Positions 32,415-44,537 of a DNA stretch of 64,000 nucleotides are shown here, piece by piece (the first letter of the stretch is position 1; the number at the start of each line of letters is the position of its first letter). The notes under the pieces were generated by a model, which was not told the DNA's origin, ran no database searches, and saw nothing but the letters and a program-made list of their open reading frames with translations. This stretch comes from Selaginella moellendorffii. Its lineage: Eukaryota; Plantae; Lycopodiophyta. The position numbers and the translations under genes are program-made. Location: contig NW_003314304.1 of the NCBI RefSeq assembly GCF_000143415.4, forward strand, positions 926,047-990,046, read 5' to 3'.

Positions 32415-34181
32415 ATGGGTTCTGTGTTGCTCGCAACTCTGGAGCAGTTCACCACGAACTTGGGAAAGTTGACATTCCTGTGGGCGACTGTGGTTCTCCT
32501 GGGGGGATTCGTGACCGATATGGAAAGATACGACTTCTACTTCATCACAGTCCTGCTGGTCAGCTATGGTATCCGGAGCTTCCGCTTCCTCAACCTGACC
32601 AAAGGGTTCAAGAAACCAAAGGTGGTCTCCCGCATCCAGCAACTCTTCATTGTTCTCTTCGTGCTCACCACCATCGTCCTAGTAATCCTCTTGGACGTCG
32701 GCCTCACCATCTTCGTGCTCCTCCTGCTGGTGCTCAGCCTTCTCGCATTCGGGTACAGTGTTGGTTCCGAGCGCTCGTTCGTCATCATCTACAACACGGC
32801 CCTGTACAACGCTGAGATCTTTCTGGCTCTCCTCAACCTGGGAGCCTCGATCCACTGGCTACGACCACCGCACTACAAGTATCCAAAGTCGAACGAGTTC
32901 GTGGCAATGATCTGCTTCTTCTCGATCGTTATCGCCGAATCGAGCTTGTTCCTGTGCAACCGAAGCTGCTGGCAGATCATATCAGTGAGGTACAAGCTGC
33001 GAAAGAAGAACAGGGACCGACCGAGATTTCTTCTGGAAACGAAGTCCAAATTCTTCGTTGCCGTGTACGAGACGACGCTGAGAGATGGAGCCATCAAGGG
33101 GCTAAGGATGAACTTGGTCGACTACGTCGCGAACGAGTTCTTGGAATCGAGAGGCAACCGGGAACTGAGGAAGAGCTTGCTGATGCTGGATGCGGTGTCC
33201 CACTGGGAAGAAGAAGATCAGATAAAGCGAAGTGGGAAGCTCCTCTTGGCATCTAAGCGTGAAGTTGTGGAGCGGCTGTTCGAGTGCATGGGCCACAAGT
33301 ACGATCTCATGTATAGGCGAGCGGTGATTTCTCTAGTGGCCGAGATCTGCAAGGACGAGAACGCGTTCTTCGCTGTGGCACACGTCGTCCAGGCCAGCGA
33401 CACAAGCATCTCGCTTCTGGTGAAAGCGCTAGAGCCGGATACCAACAAGTCAGTGCTGTTGTTGATAGGAAAGCTTGCGGCATTTAGAGAGATTGCCAAT
33501 CCCGTGCCGAGTGTGATCCCGGACTTTGATTTTGCTCAAGAGGATACGCACAAGAAGTGGAAGGATTCTCTCCGCTATAGTTTCAATGGCGATGGAGATG
33601 ATCCAGTCAGGGTCGATGTCGAGGCAGAGATCCAGAGCTCCAGGCAGAAGATCGCAAAAAATTTGAGGACGCTACTCAGAAAGAATCAGGACTTGATAAA
33701 GTACCTGGCGAATGCTCTCTGTTGTTCCTCCCAGGACCTCCAGGACCTAGCTCTAGACGCTCTCGCGGCATTGGTAGCCTATGATCCCAGCAATGGTGAT
33801 CTTCTCCCTGGCTACAAGAGCGTCATCTATGGTTTGTTCCAGCTCGTCCGTGCCTGCGAAGCTGATCTGCGAGGAAGCAAATCGGCAGTGGTGCTGGATC
33901 TTCTCTGCCGGAAGAATCGCCAGTATCTTGAAACGCTGCTCGATGGAAGCGGCAGCAGCGACGATGTTATAGCAGTTCTCATGAACGCTCTCTCCTTTGG
34001 GTTGGATCATTACGATACCGAAAGGAGCAAGCACACGATGTCGATTCTGTGCGGCCTCCACGACCAGAAGCTGTTGAGCGAGGAGCAGGAGAAAGCACTG
34101 GACATTGCAAAGATCGTGGACATGGTGACCACTATGACGAGCTCAAGACCAAGTGGCCATGGCTTGACCAGGGAGAGCTAG
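32415..34181 (+). CDS. Membrane/ARM-like (BLE2-like) protein, copy 4, 588 aa, C-terminally shortened
   Basis: Closest to copy 3, in inverted orientation. TCG>TAG at 34179-34181 removes ~43 C-terminal residues. Confidence 0.82.
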   Translation: MGSVLLATLEQFTTNLGKLTFLWATVVLLGGFVTDMERYDFYFITVLLVSYGIRSFRFLNLTKGFKKPKVVSRIQQLFIVLFVLTTIVLVILLDVGLTIFVLLLLVLSLLAFGYSVGSERSFVIIYNTALYNAEIFLALLNLGASIHWLRPPHYKYPKSNEFVAMICFFSIVIAESSLFLCNRSCWQIISVRYKLRKKNRDRPRFLLETKSKFFVAVYETTLRDGAIKGLRMNLVDYVANEFLESRGNRELRKSLLMLDAVSHWEEEDQIKRSGKLLLASKREVVERLFECMGHKYDLMYRRAVISLVAEICKDENAFFAVAHVVQASDTSISLLVKALEPDTNKSVLLLIGKLAAFREIANPVPSVIPDFDFAQEDTHKKWKDSLRYSFNGDGDDPVRVDVEAEIQSSRQKIAKNLRTLLRKNQDLIKYLANALCCSSQDLQDLALDALAALVAYDPSNGDLLPGYKSVIYGLFQLVRACEADLRGSKSAVVLDLLCRKNRQYLETLLDGSGSSDDVIAVLMNALSFGLDHYDTERSKHTMSILCGLHDQKLLSEEQEKALDIAKIVDMVTTMTSSRPSGHGLTRES

Positions 34182-35103
34182 ACCACAAGGGATTGATCAT
34201 TTGAATGCTGGAAGTAGCCGAGCTTTGATCAGCTGTTTGGACGGCCACGGATTCACATTTTGAATATACCTTTTATTATTAAGTAAGAAACAAATTTTAT
34301 TACTTATCAATTTTTAATTATTATACAAAATAAGACCAAAACTTTTATACAGGATCAAAGTGGTCCAAATTGAATCTAATTCAACATGAGCAAGTGATCT
34401 GAATTGAATTTAATCCCACAGCTATCAAAATTTCACTCACAATATCTATACTGTCACAATTGTATATAAATGCCATATTTGAAACAAATGCTTGAGCACA
34501 ATGCTTTCTTGTGGAACATAATTATGCCCGAATATGCCCAATCTAAGCAGGTTATTAATGTGAAGTTCACCTTCGATGCAATCTCGTAACTTTGAGCACA
34601 ATGTTGGATAGGCAGTAGGCTACTTTCAAATAATGATTGATTTGTTCTTTGAATTATAATGGTCAATAATCTAATTATACTATACTTATAAAACCTGAGA
34701 TTATTTTAGGAAAATACATGAATAACATTAGTATAATATTCTATAAATATTTGAATAAAACTTGAAACCAAGCATTGATGCCAAAGGTATGATTGCTAAT
34801 CTGGGGGCTTGCTAGTGCATGTTCATTAAAAGATTGAAATGAAAATACTTTTCTCTTTCCTCTATACTTATTTTGAATGAACATTAGCGCTTACAAGCTT
34901 CTTTCATATGTGGATGCGTCTTTCACATCCAGCATTTGAACAATGTCACAATGTCGTGCACACCTCACAATAAGCTTGGGTGCTTACCACAGTGAACCAG
35001 ATCACCACGGTGTCCACAGGCGGACGCTCCATCTCGCAATCTCCTGCTTTCTTGGATCCAGCGCTGGGCCGCTCTCAATGACCGTGGAGCGAGAGTAAAC
35101 CAT

Positions 35104-36924
35104 TCAATGGCGGGTAGGCACTAGACAGTTGGACAGCAGCACATAGCTCGAAGCTTTTGCCGAGTCGAGCTCCATCACTCGCTCCATAGCCCGAGCAGCA
35201 AAATCAATGCTTCCATGCATCTTTCCAGCACCCAGCAGCGCAGTCCATTCCCCAACATCCGGCGCAAATGGCATCACCTTGGCGAGCTCCTCGGCCTCCC
35301 GGAGCCTCCCAGCTCGTCCCAGAGCATCAATCACGTAGAGAAAGTGCTCTGGCCGGGGACAAATCCCTCGCTCCTGCTCCAGGCACGCAAAATAGTTCAT
35401 GGCCTCGTCGATCAGTCCGCCGTGAGCACAGGCCTTGAAGAATGCGAGGAAAGTCACGTCGTTTGGCTCCAGTCCTTCCCTCTCCATCTCTCGGAAGAGC
35501 GCCAGAGCTTCGCGGGTATGCCCATTTTGGGCATAGGCCGTCACCATTGCCGTCCAGGAGACAACGTCGTGTTCTTCCATCTGGTCGAAGAACTCGCGAG
35601 CTTGATCAACGTGACCGCTCTGCCCGAAGATCTCGATCATCGACGTCCACGAGAGCTTATCTCGCTCGGGCATCTGGTGGAAGATCGTGCTCCCCTCGCA
35701 GAGATATCCCTGCTCCACACAACCGGCAAGGATCGCGTTCCATACCACGAGATTTCTCCACGGCATTCGCTCGAAGATCGCGAGCGCTCGATCCATCTCC
35801 CCACACTGGACGTAGCCGGCAGCGATCGCGGTCCAGGACACGATGTCTCGCTGGGGCATGCGATCGAAGAGCTCGTGGGCGAGCTCGATCTTCCCGGAGC
35901 TGGCGTAGCACGAGATCATCGCGTTCCAGGAGATCACATCCCTGTGTGGCATTCGATGGAACAGCAGTGTGGCTTGCTCCAGATCTCCATGCTCGGCAAA
36001 CCCCTGGATCAGCGAGTTCCACGACACCACATTTCTCTCCGGCATACGATCGAAGAGCTCCTTGGCGCGATCCACCCTGCCAGCAGCAGCGTATCCATCC
36101 ACCATAGCCGTCCACGATAGAACATTGTGTTCTGGCATTCGATCAAAAAGTTTCTTCGCCTCAGAGATCTCTCCCCCGCGCTGTGCGTAAGCTGCCACAA
36201 TAGCATTCCAGCACACTATGTCTCGCCTCTCCATTCGATCGAAAAGCTTCCTCGCCTGGATTAAATCCCCTCTCTGGGCATGTGCTGCGATCATAGATGT
36301 CCAGGCTTCCATCACTGGCTCCGGCAGCGAATCAAAGATCCTTCTAGCCTCCTCCAAGTGATTCTTCTGCGTGTAGCCAGTGATGATCGTACTCCAAGAC
36401 ACACTATCTCTCTCGGGCATAGCATCGAAGAATCTTCGTGCTTGTTCCAAATCCCCGCTCCTGATCGCTGCCTGGACCATCGAATTCCAAGACACAGTGT
36501 CGCGCTCGCGCATTCCAGCGAAGAACCTTTGCGCTTCACGGAGATCCGAGAGAAATCCCAGCACAGTGTTGCAAACTACCACGTTGGGCTCGGGCATCTG
36601 GTCGAAGAGCTCGCGAGCTCGGCCCAGATACCCATTGTGGGCATACGCTACAATCATCATGGACCAGGAGAAGGCATTGGGCTCCTCCATCGCATCGAAG
36701 ATCGCTCGCGCCTCCCGCAAGTTCCCGCATTTTCCATGCATCTGGATCACAAGATTGATCAGAAATCTGTTCTTGCGCTGTTCGCTGGCGAGAATCTGTG
36801 CCTGGAGCTCCCTGGCCCGCGTTCCATCTCGCAATCTCGTGCATTGCTTGACGAGAGAGATCCAGTAGTGCTGGCACGAAGGACTGTTCGATCGTAGTGG
36901 TGAAGGAACAAGAGTAACTCCCAT
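35104..36924 (-). CDS. PLS-class PPR protein with a long run of ~31-aa short motifs and an E domain, 606 aa
   Basis: Repeated FDRMPERD.VSW.AM..AYAQ.G; ACAHGG...DALGRAGRL...MPFAPD..EWTALLGA...YVLLSN; no DYW. Confidence 0.93.
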   Translation of the reverse strand: MGVTLVPSPLRSNSPSCQHYWISLVKQCTRLRDGTRARELQAQILASEQRKNRFLINLVIQMHGKCGNLREARAIFDAMEEPNAFSWSMMIVAYAHNGYLGRARELFDQMPEPNVVVCNTVLGFLSDLREAQRFFAGMRERDTVSWNSMVQAAIRSGDLEQARRFFDAMPERDSVSWSTIITGYTQKNHLEEARRIFDSLPEPVMEAWTSMIAAHAQRGDLIQARKLFDRMERRDIVCWNAIVAAYAQRGGEISEAKKLFDRMPEHNVLSWTAMVDGYAAAGRVDRAKELFDRMPERNVVSWNSLIQGFAEHGDLEQATLLFHRMPHRDVISWNAMISCYASSGKIELAHELFDRMPQRDIVSWTAIAAGYVQCGEMDRALAIFERMPWRNLVVWNAILAGCVEQGYLCEGSTIFHQMPERDKLSWTSMIEIFGQSGHVDQAREFFDQMEEHDVVSWTAMVTAYAQNGHTREALALFREMEREGLEPNDVTFLAFFKACAHGGLIDEAMNYFACLEQERGICPRPEHFLYVIDALGRAGRLREAEELAKVMPFAPDVGEWTALLGAGKMHGSIDFAARAMERVMELDSAKASSYVLLSNCLVPTRH

Positions 36925-37624
36925 AAGCTAGAAACATTGTGGCCTTCTTGGTTATATGCTAAACACCTTAGACTTTCCAATTGTCCTATTATTCCTGAGG
37001 TGTTCTTCTTGGTCGTGTGAGAGCTTCTTCTTCTTTTCTTCAATCGTCCAAGCTATCCACCACTTGAGGTAAGTGAGGGAGCTATGCATGAATTGATCTG
37101 CTACTCATCTTAGAGCCAGTGTGAGATTAAGCTTCTGGAGAAGCTACTTGTGCTTCTGGAGCACCTCACTTGTGATGATCCTCACTTGCCCAAAGTATAT
37201 TTTATAATTGACATTGATTTGTAAGTGAGAATAATTAACTCTTGAATTTTTCTTTATATAGATTATGTATTATTAATTTTGTTAAATAAAATTAAAAATA
37301 TGTACTTAAATTATTATATATAACTGGCCTGATTCATTGCTACTAATTATGGCTGAAATCTTTGCATTACTATTATTTGATATATTACCACTATCAAATT
37401 TTTCTATCTGATAGCAAATAATTTTTTTTACTAAGATGAAAAGTATAATAAAATCTATGTGAATTATATAAATATTAAATAATTATGTAATTAATGTATC
37501 AATTTAAGTTAAATTTTAAAATTAGTTTTGAGTTTACTTGTATGGTTATTTAAAATTTTCGAATATATATTAAAGTTAGAGAGGAATTATTTTCTATATA
37601 AAATAATGTTTAGTTAGAATTAAA

Positions 37625-38461
37625 AAATGATGATTCATAGCCTTCACATTTCAGTAATATAATTTCACAATCACCACTCTTTTAAAATCACACTATAATT
37701 ATATAATGTAAAAATTAACATAGTTGATTATTATTTTTAGAGTATATATAAATACCACAATATAACTAAATTTTTATAAAATAGGGGCAAACTTTAACAA
37801 ACACTCATAATGGATATCATTATAGATAGAAAAATGTCACATAATTATTTCCTAATTTTACTAAAGTAAATCTTATTTTCTATTTTTCTTTAGAACAATT
37901 TTAAATTTAGTGACAATAATTTTCTATTCTTAAATTTTTCTTTAATCATTTGTAATTCTAATGATAATATTCTTATCTATCACTAATAAAGTAAATCAAA
38001 TCATTTCTAAATGGATAAAAAATTATGGTGAGCTTAATAATAAATTTTTTAGACATGCCTTCTTAAAGAGATGTTAGTCCCAATTAAAGTAAAAAACAAA
38101 AAATCTGAAAAAGGTGTTTAGCTATATATTTGTTGTTACATAAAAATTATGCTACAAGGGGTTAATAAATTGTTGAAGGGGAGCCAATATATTTGTTTAG
38201 TGTGGGAGACAAAGTAACACACTCTAATCTAGAACTAAAGAAAATTCATACCTCATATTTGGCTACATGTTAAAATAAAAGTATTGACTTAATACTGAAC
38301 AACCTTGTGCTCCAAGGCATATTTAACATGCTTTGGGGTATAGCAGTTAGTTTTAAATTTTATGATAAAGTCACTTTAAAAATGAATGGCTTAAGAATCA
38401 TTTGTGCTCATAGTTTTGTTAAAAAGTTTTATTAACTATTTATTTCACTAGAGAGATATTG
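37625..38461. repeat. AT-rich dispersed repeat, copy of 31171-31898
   Basis: See 31171-31898. Confidence 0.8.
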
Positions 38462-38926
38462 TTAAAAGTTTTGCTTTAGAACTTACCTATAAGGGTTTGT
38501 ATCATAATATATATCACATTAATCTCAATTGAATTGAAAATGATGAATGGTTGAGCAAAGTGTAACAAAGCTATTCAAATATATACTTTTTTGTACCTAT
38601 TTAATCAGTTTAGACAGTATAAACATTAAAAAAGCCTTTAAGCTGGGATTATAGTTCCAGATTCAAAACCACTTCTAGATAACATTAACTCTAGTTCCAT
38701 TGCAAGGGGTTTAGGATTGGAGGAGGGGGAAGGAGTAGGATGAGTTGATGGCTATAGTATCAACCAATGGCAGCAGTTGTGTCATGCAACTTATTAAAGT
38801 ATACTATTGTGAAACTTTTTTCCTTAAGTAGTTTTTTTTTATATTTTTGATATTTCATTTTTGTTTATATATATTGAGAGTGCATTGTAATTATTTAAAT
38901 ACATTTTATCTCCATGATTTTCCATG

Positions 38927-39282
<356 letters not shown>

Positions 39283-41048
39283 TGGTAAAGATATAGGGTC
39301 TTTTACAGCCATCCAATCCCATGTTGGGTAAATTCCTTGATACATGACTTGACATAAAATGTAAATTTTTTAAAACAATATGCACAAAAGAAAAAATGTT
39401 CCTAGATGACTATACCTTAAAAACAAAATTTGCTCTATAACACTTGACATTGTTTGATAACACAAAGCTTTGATTGTTCTGGCAGCTTATGTCCATATAT
39501 TATAATAAATGATTGCCAAGACAAATATTTGGATGGTCAAGTTACAACTAATTATAGCCTAAAATAAATCATAAATCTTGTCAATAAAAACTTAAAACTT
39601 AGAAAATCACCCACTACTATTATGAAGAAAATGAATCCCAAAGAAGCTAATACAAATATTAGGAAATAATAGACAAAATAAATAGTAAAATGATAAGGAA
39701 TGAAATTATAGAAAATGTTGTATCCTTATATCACCTAAATATAAGATTTATACTATAATTTTAAAGCTTAGAAATCATTAGCTTCTCCCAAATGTTGCAT
39801 GGTAAGACGTAAGTTTTTTGATAATAAAACAAACAATGTGCTCAACTTTTTGAAAAAACTAAAAAATTTATTCTTTTTAAAAAATAATAATAATGAGTGC
39901 AAAATATGTAGCAATGTTGAAAACAATAATCCTAATATGAATATCCTTGGAATATTTACTACACTTAAGGCAAACTATAAAATAACAGAATGTGATATTA
40001 ATGTATCGATGACTTTTTTAAATACAAATGGACTTATCATTACCTTTTTAGAGTTATAATTTTATTATAGTGCTAGTGGTGTGGTGATGCAGCTGTAGCG
40101 TCAGATCTTCAGCCTTTCAATGCTCCATTTGTGAGTGCAAGTTCAGCTTGATGAAAGCTTTGGCTTTTGGCTCAGCTTTAAGGTGAAAGGACCCCTTACT
40201 CGAAACTTCTCTGTGCTGGAAAAATCTCTTTAGCTTTAGAATTTTAAGCGAATACCAACTTCATCCATGGAATTCCATGCATGTCCAAACAAGCAGCTCT
40301 CAATCTTGCCAAACGAATCACATCCTCGATAACAGTACAAGAGTTTGCAAAAAGACCGTCAGCATCAAACGCAAAACTCTCGTGGGTGTTTCTCGATTCA
40401 TGGCGGGAGGGTGTTGACACTTCACGCAAAAGCGCAAATAAACAAAAGGCCACTTTTCGTGGACCATGACTAAAACAGCGATGATTATTCCCAGAAGATT
40501 CCTCGTCCATTGAGGTGACAAATCTAGCGTTTCTTTCCAGCCTTAACCGCACTTAAACAACACCATTTTGGTGGCTGGACGAATCCACCATGAATGGAGA
40601 AAAGAACACACAAAGGAAAATATTCGCGGCCGCATCAAGAATATCCCTTTCTCGGCATTTAGGTGGAAGCAGCCGTCCACAGCAGCACACCAGGCCAGCG
40701 AAAGTCCTTCCTTTGCATAACTCCAAACGTAAAAAGGTAGAAAAGCTCTCAGACATGGAAGTCGATTTCACGGCCCTGAGATATAGCACAGGAGAAAGCA
40801 TAAACAAAAGCGACAGATAAATAAGCACCCGAGGAGAGAAAGAAAGAAAGAAAAAAAAAAAAAAACCTCTGCTATGCCACGGCAAGTGTCCAATTATCTA
40901 CACTACACCGCTTGCCTTTCATTCCATTCTCTTTCCCGTTGCGAGCGAGGAGGCTCTGGAAGAGGAAGGAGAAGACGAGTAAGTTGGGTGATAAAGGATC
41001 ACAAGAACTAGAGCGAGTTCTCCTAGGAAATAGTGAAGCTACTCACCA

Positions 41049-41621
41049 ATGTTTAGATCGATGTGTTCGTGGTGCTGCTCGCTTCCCTTCCTCCTGGCTC
41101 TCCTCTCCTCCTCTCAATCACCAGCAGCGGCGGCGGTAGCACCGATTCCAGTCCAGGAGCTCGCGGCCGGGGATTTGCCGGCGCTGGAATTCGAGCGCTG
41201 GGATCACAACTACTCGTGCATCTTCGACAACTATCGCGCCTTCAGCTACTTGCACATCGGCTATGTCCCCTACTTCAATCTCTCCAACCGGTCCCCGAGC
41301 TATGCTACTCTGGACGACTGTCTCGACTCTTGCACCGCGGATTGTTCCTGCTCTGGCATCGTCTACGATGTCCCGAAGGATTCTTGCTACCAGTACCACG
41401 ACTACATCCCCGTCCAATCCATCCAGCTTCTTCCCGTCAATGCCCACGACACCATCTCCGCCTACATCAAGATCCAGCGCGGCTATAACAGTGGCCCTGG
41501 CGGATACTACTCCGGAGCTCCTCCACGACGAGAATTACTGCTTTCCAGCCTCGGGATTCTAGTTCTTCTGGGTCTTGTTCTTCCACCTTTCCTCCCTCAA
41601 CTCCATGCTGTCCACCACTGA
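41049..41621 (+). CDS. Small secreted/anchored protein: signal peptide, PAN/Apple domain, C-terminal hydrophobic tail (190 aa)
   Basis: TLDDCLDSCTADCSCSGIVY....SCY...AYIKI matches the PAN module of S-domain receptors; hydrophobic N- and C-termini; intronless. Confidence 0.8.
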   Translation: MFRSMCSWCCSLPFLLALLSSSQSPAAAAVAPIPVQELAAGDLPALEFERWDHNYSCIFDNYRAFSYLHIGYVPYFNLSNRSPSYATLDDCLDSCTADCSCSGIVYDVPKDSCYQYHDYIPVQSIQLLPVNAHDTISAYIKIQRGYNSGPGGYYSGAPPRRELLLSSLGILVLLGLVLPPFLPQLHAVHH

Positions 41622-41792
41622 TCTCCAGCTGATCTGGTCTCCCTGCCAGAGAAACTTCTGTGAGATTCTGGCACCCAATAACAAGATCTAACACCCCATT
41701 TTGTTTCGTTCTTGGATTCCTGGAGAGAGGAAGAAAAAATGCACAGGGAAAGTGCTCATGCTCTTGTGGAAACTGGAAAGGAAGAACACCAC

Positions 41793-42373
41793 CTAAGACG
41801 AAGTTCCAGTGAAGCCGAGCTTTCGGATGATCTTGGCGTAGCCGGGATGGACCAGCGCTGCTCCTCGCAACTGGCGACGCTGCTTCTTCGTCTGCGAGCG
41901 AGACGAGTGCGATGAGAAGAAGATCAATTGAAAAAATCGATCCAAACCTTGGAGGAGGCATTGTGGCGCTTCCCTGCATGAGCTCGTGCGTAGGTCCCGT
42001 CCGGCATCAGCTTGAATCGATGCTTGAGCGATCTACGCAGGAAAAAAAGGATTTTGTGAGAGAGGGAGAAAGCGCCTAGGTTACCTACGAGTAGGATTTC
42101 ATCTTGTCCTTCTTCTGCGGCCTCTTCTTGCAAGATTTCGTGGCACCGAAGCGGCATTGGATTCCCTGCAGTATGATCTGAGCTACCGATCGATAGATTC
42201 ACAACACTCACCGCAAGAACAGGTGGAAGCCGCGCCGGACGGCTCCAAACCAAGCCGCCGCGACTCGCATTTACAATCCTGGGAGCTGCTATGGCGCTGC
42301 TAGCGAACGATCGCAAGAGGCGCTGCTGCCGCACCGCGAAGGGATCCACAAGTCGCCATAGCCGGTGAAGCAT
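41793..42373 (-). CDS. rpl35: Mitochondrial-type ribosomal protein bL35 (4 exons)
   Basis: Spliced: presequence MLHRLWRLVDPFAVRQQRLLRSF..., then KMKSYS|SLKHRFKLMPDGTYARAHAGKRHNASSK|TKKQRRQLRGAALVHPGYAKIIRKLGFTG. Confidence 0.88.
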
Positions 42374-42673
42374 CACGAAGAACCCTAAAAAAAAATCAAC
42401 GGTGGGTGACCACTCCTTCTCCATCGCGCTCCGTTGATTCACACTTCCAACGTTTAGATCGGCATCCGTACACTTTCGTGTTGGGGCCCGTGCGAAACCA
42501 CTCGTACGGCAGGCGCTGGAACAGCAATCCCCGGGTCTCCCGGATGAAAAACGAAGCGACCCTCCTCGCGAATCCCTCTCCTCTCGCTGCCCAAGAGATC
42601 CCTTCTCCAAATTCGCAGCACCCACATAGCAATCCATCCACATTTGAAGCTTCTTCCCTCCTCTTGTTCTTCC

Positions 42674-44486
42674 ATGGAACTTGACAGCGATCAGGGCGAC
42701 TGGGACTCCGCCGTCCGGCCTCGCTACGCATCGCCATCGCCATCGCCTCTCAATTCCACCATCTCAGGTCTGTACGAGGATCACGAGCGGCAGCAGCAGG
42801 AGTCGCGCGGCCTGGAAACTCTGGAGCTGATCCTCCAGAAGATCCTCCGGAGCTTGAGCGCATTGGCGGACAATTTCGATCGGATTCTGAGCTCGTACGA
42901 GGCGGCCAAGAGCGAGGGAGGCAGCGTTTGCTGCTGGAGGGCAGTGAGAAGCTTGCGAGATGGAGCCTGGAAGAGATTCAAGGGGCTTAGATCCGCGCGA
43001 AGGGATCCCAGCTCCCTGTTGGTGTGCTGCATTTTAGTACCTCTCGTGTTCTTCCTCCTCGTCGGTACGTATTCCTGTTTAGAAGTCGGGTCCGATGGAG
43101 TCCGAGGTGGAGTCCGAGGTGGTCTCGGCTGTCCGAGCTCGGACTCTTTTTTCTTCGAAAGAAGCTAAGTTGTCGATCCAATGCAGGGCCTAGAACACGA
43201 TCGTTTCAGCCCAAGGCATCTCCAGACGATCGTCAGAAAGCTCGAATCCCACCCACGCGGATCCAATTGCCGGACGGTAGAAACATCTCATACCGGGAAG
43301 AAGGTGTCCCTGCCGATCAAGCAAAGCGCACAGTGCTCGTTGTTCATGGATTTCTCTCATCGAGACTAGCAGGTTCGTGAGCTTTTCATTCATGGGCTCT
43401 ACAGTCTCTCCGTCAACTTGTAGGAATTCCCGGAATCAATTCTTCGCTGCTCGATAGCTATGGTGTTCGACTTGTGGCTTACGACTTGCCAGGATTTGGA
43501 GAGAGTGATCCTCACCACAACAGAAGTTACAAAACCTCGGCCTCGGACATGGTCAGCATCGCCAACGCTCTCGGTTTTGGCGACCAGTTTTGGATCCTGG
43601 CGTTTGATGGAGGTGGTCCTCACGTTTGGGCTGCGATTCACTACATTCCAGAGAGACTAGCAGGTAATCACATCTTTCTTTTTTTTTCTCTTGAGAGTTT
43701 AGCAAGAGTGTTCTCGCTTGTGTTCTTGGACACAGGTGTTGCTATGGTTGCTCCGGCGGGAAATCCATACGGAGGAAATCTCACCTCGAGTGAAGCGGCC
43801 AAAGCCTGGAAGGCCTGGTCATTCCGGAGAAGATTGCTCCATTTCTGTGCCAGGAAGTTTCCATCTTCTCTTGGAGGTTTTCTCCGGAGAACTCTCCTGG
43901 AGAAGATCGACAGGCTTAGCAGAAGCTTGTATGCCACCTCAAGATCAAAGGTTTGCATTGTTTTGATCGTGGAATGACTCAAGGTCATCGAGTTTTGCAG
44001 GATCGAGCTCTTTTCGAGCAGCAGGATTTCATGAGATTATGGGAAGACGACGTCCGGGAATCCATGAACCAGAAGCGAGCTTTCTCGCTGGCCCAAGAGC
44101 TAGTCTTGCTGGTTAACAACTGGGGATTCGACTTGGGCGATCTCAAGCGAAAGAGACCTCCCGCCGGCGATGGAATCGTGAGCAAGCTGCGGGGCCTTTT
44201 CTCTCAAGAACAGTCGGATCTCCTCGGCTTCCAGCGACCAATACATATATGGCATGTAGGTGGTGGTGTTCTTGGTTTGGTTTTTCTCCAAAAGCTTGCT
44301 GATCTTGGCGATTGTAATCAGGGAACTGACGATGTAGTCGTGCCGATTGCGATGAGCGAGTTTGCGCAGCGAGTCCTGCCTCACGTAAACTTCCACAGGT
44401 TGCAAGGCGAGGGCCACTTCTCGTGGTTCTATCTCTGCCATGAATGCCACACAGATTTGTTCAAAGCCATGTTTCCAGATGAATAG
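42674..44486 (+). CDS. Membrane-anchored alpha/beta hydrolase (At5g02970/At3g09690-like), multi-exon
   Basis: RIQLPDGR.ISY.EEGV, VHGFLSSRLAGIPG, YDLPGFGESDPH, GVAMVAP..NPY, WGFDL.DL, IHIW.GTDD.VVP, EGHFSWF. Confidence 0.9.
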
Positions 44487-44537
44487 CCATGGAAAGAAGA
44501 GATCGATTCTATTTCTCTTGGATTGTTACATGTAAAT

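Noticed and set aside
40080-40900. Short ORFs and small palindromes as a possible miRNA or snoRNA locus
   Set aside because: No recognisable mature miRNA, box motifs or extended hairpin seen by eye.
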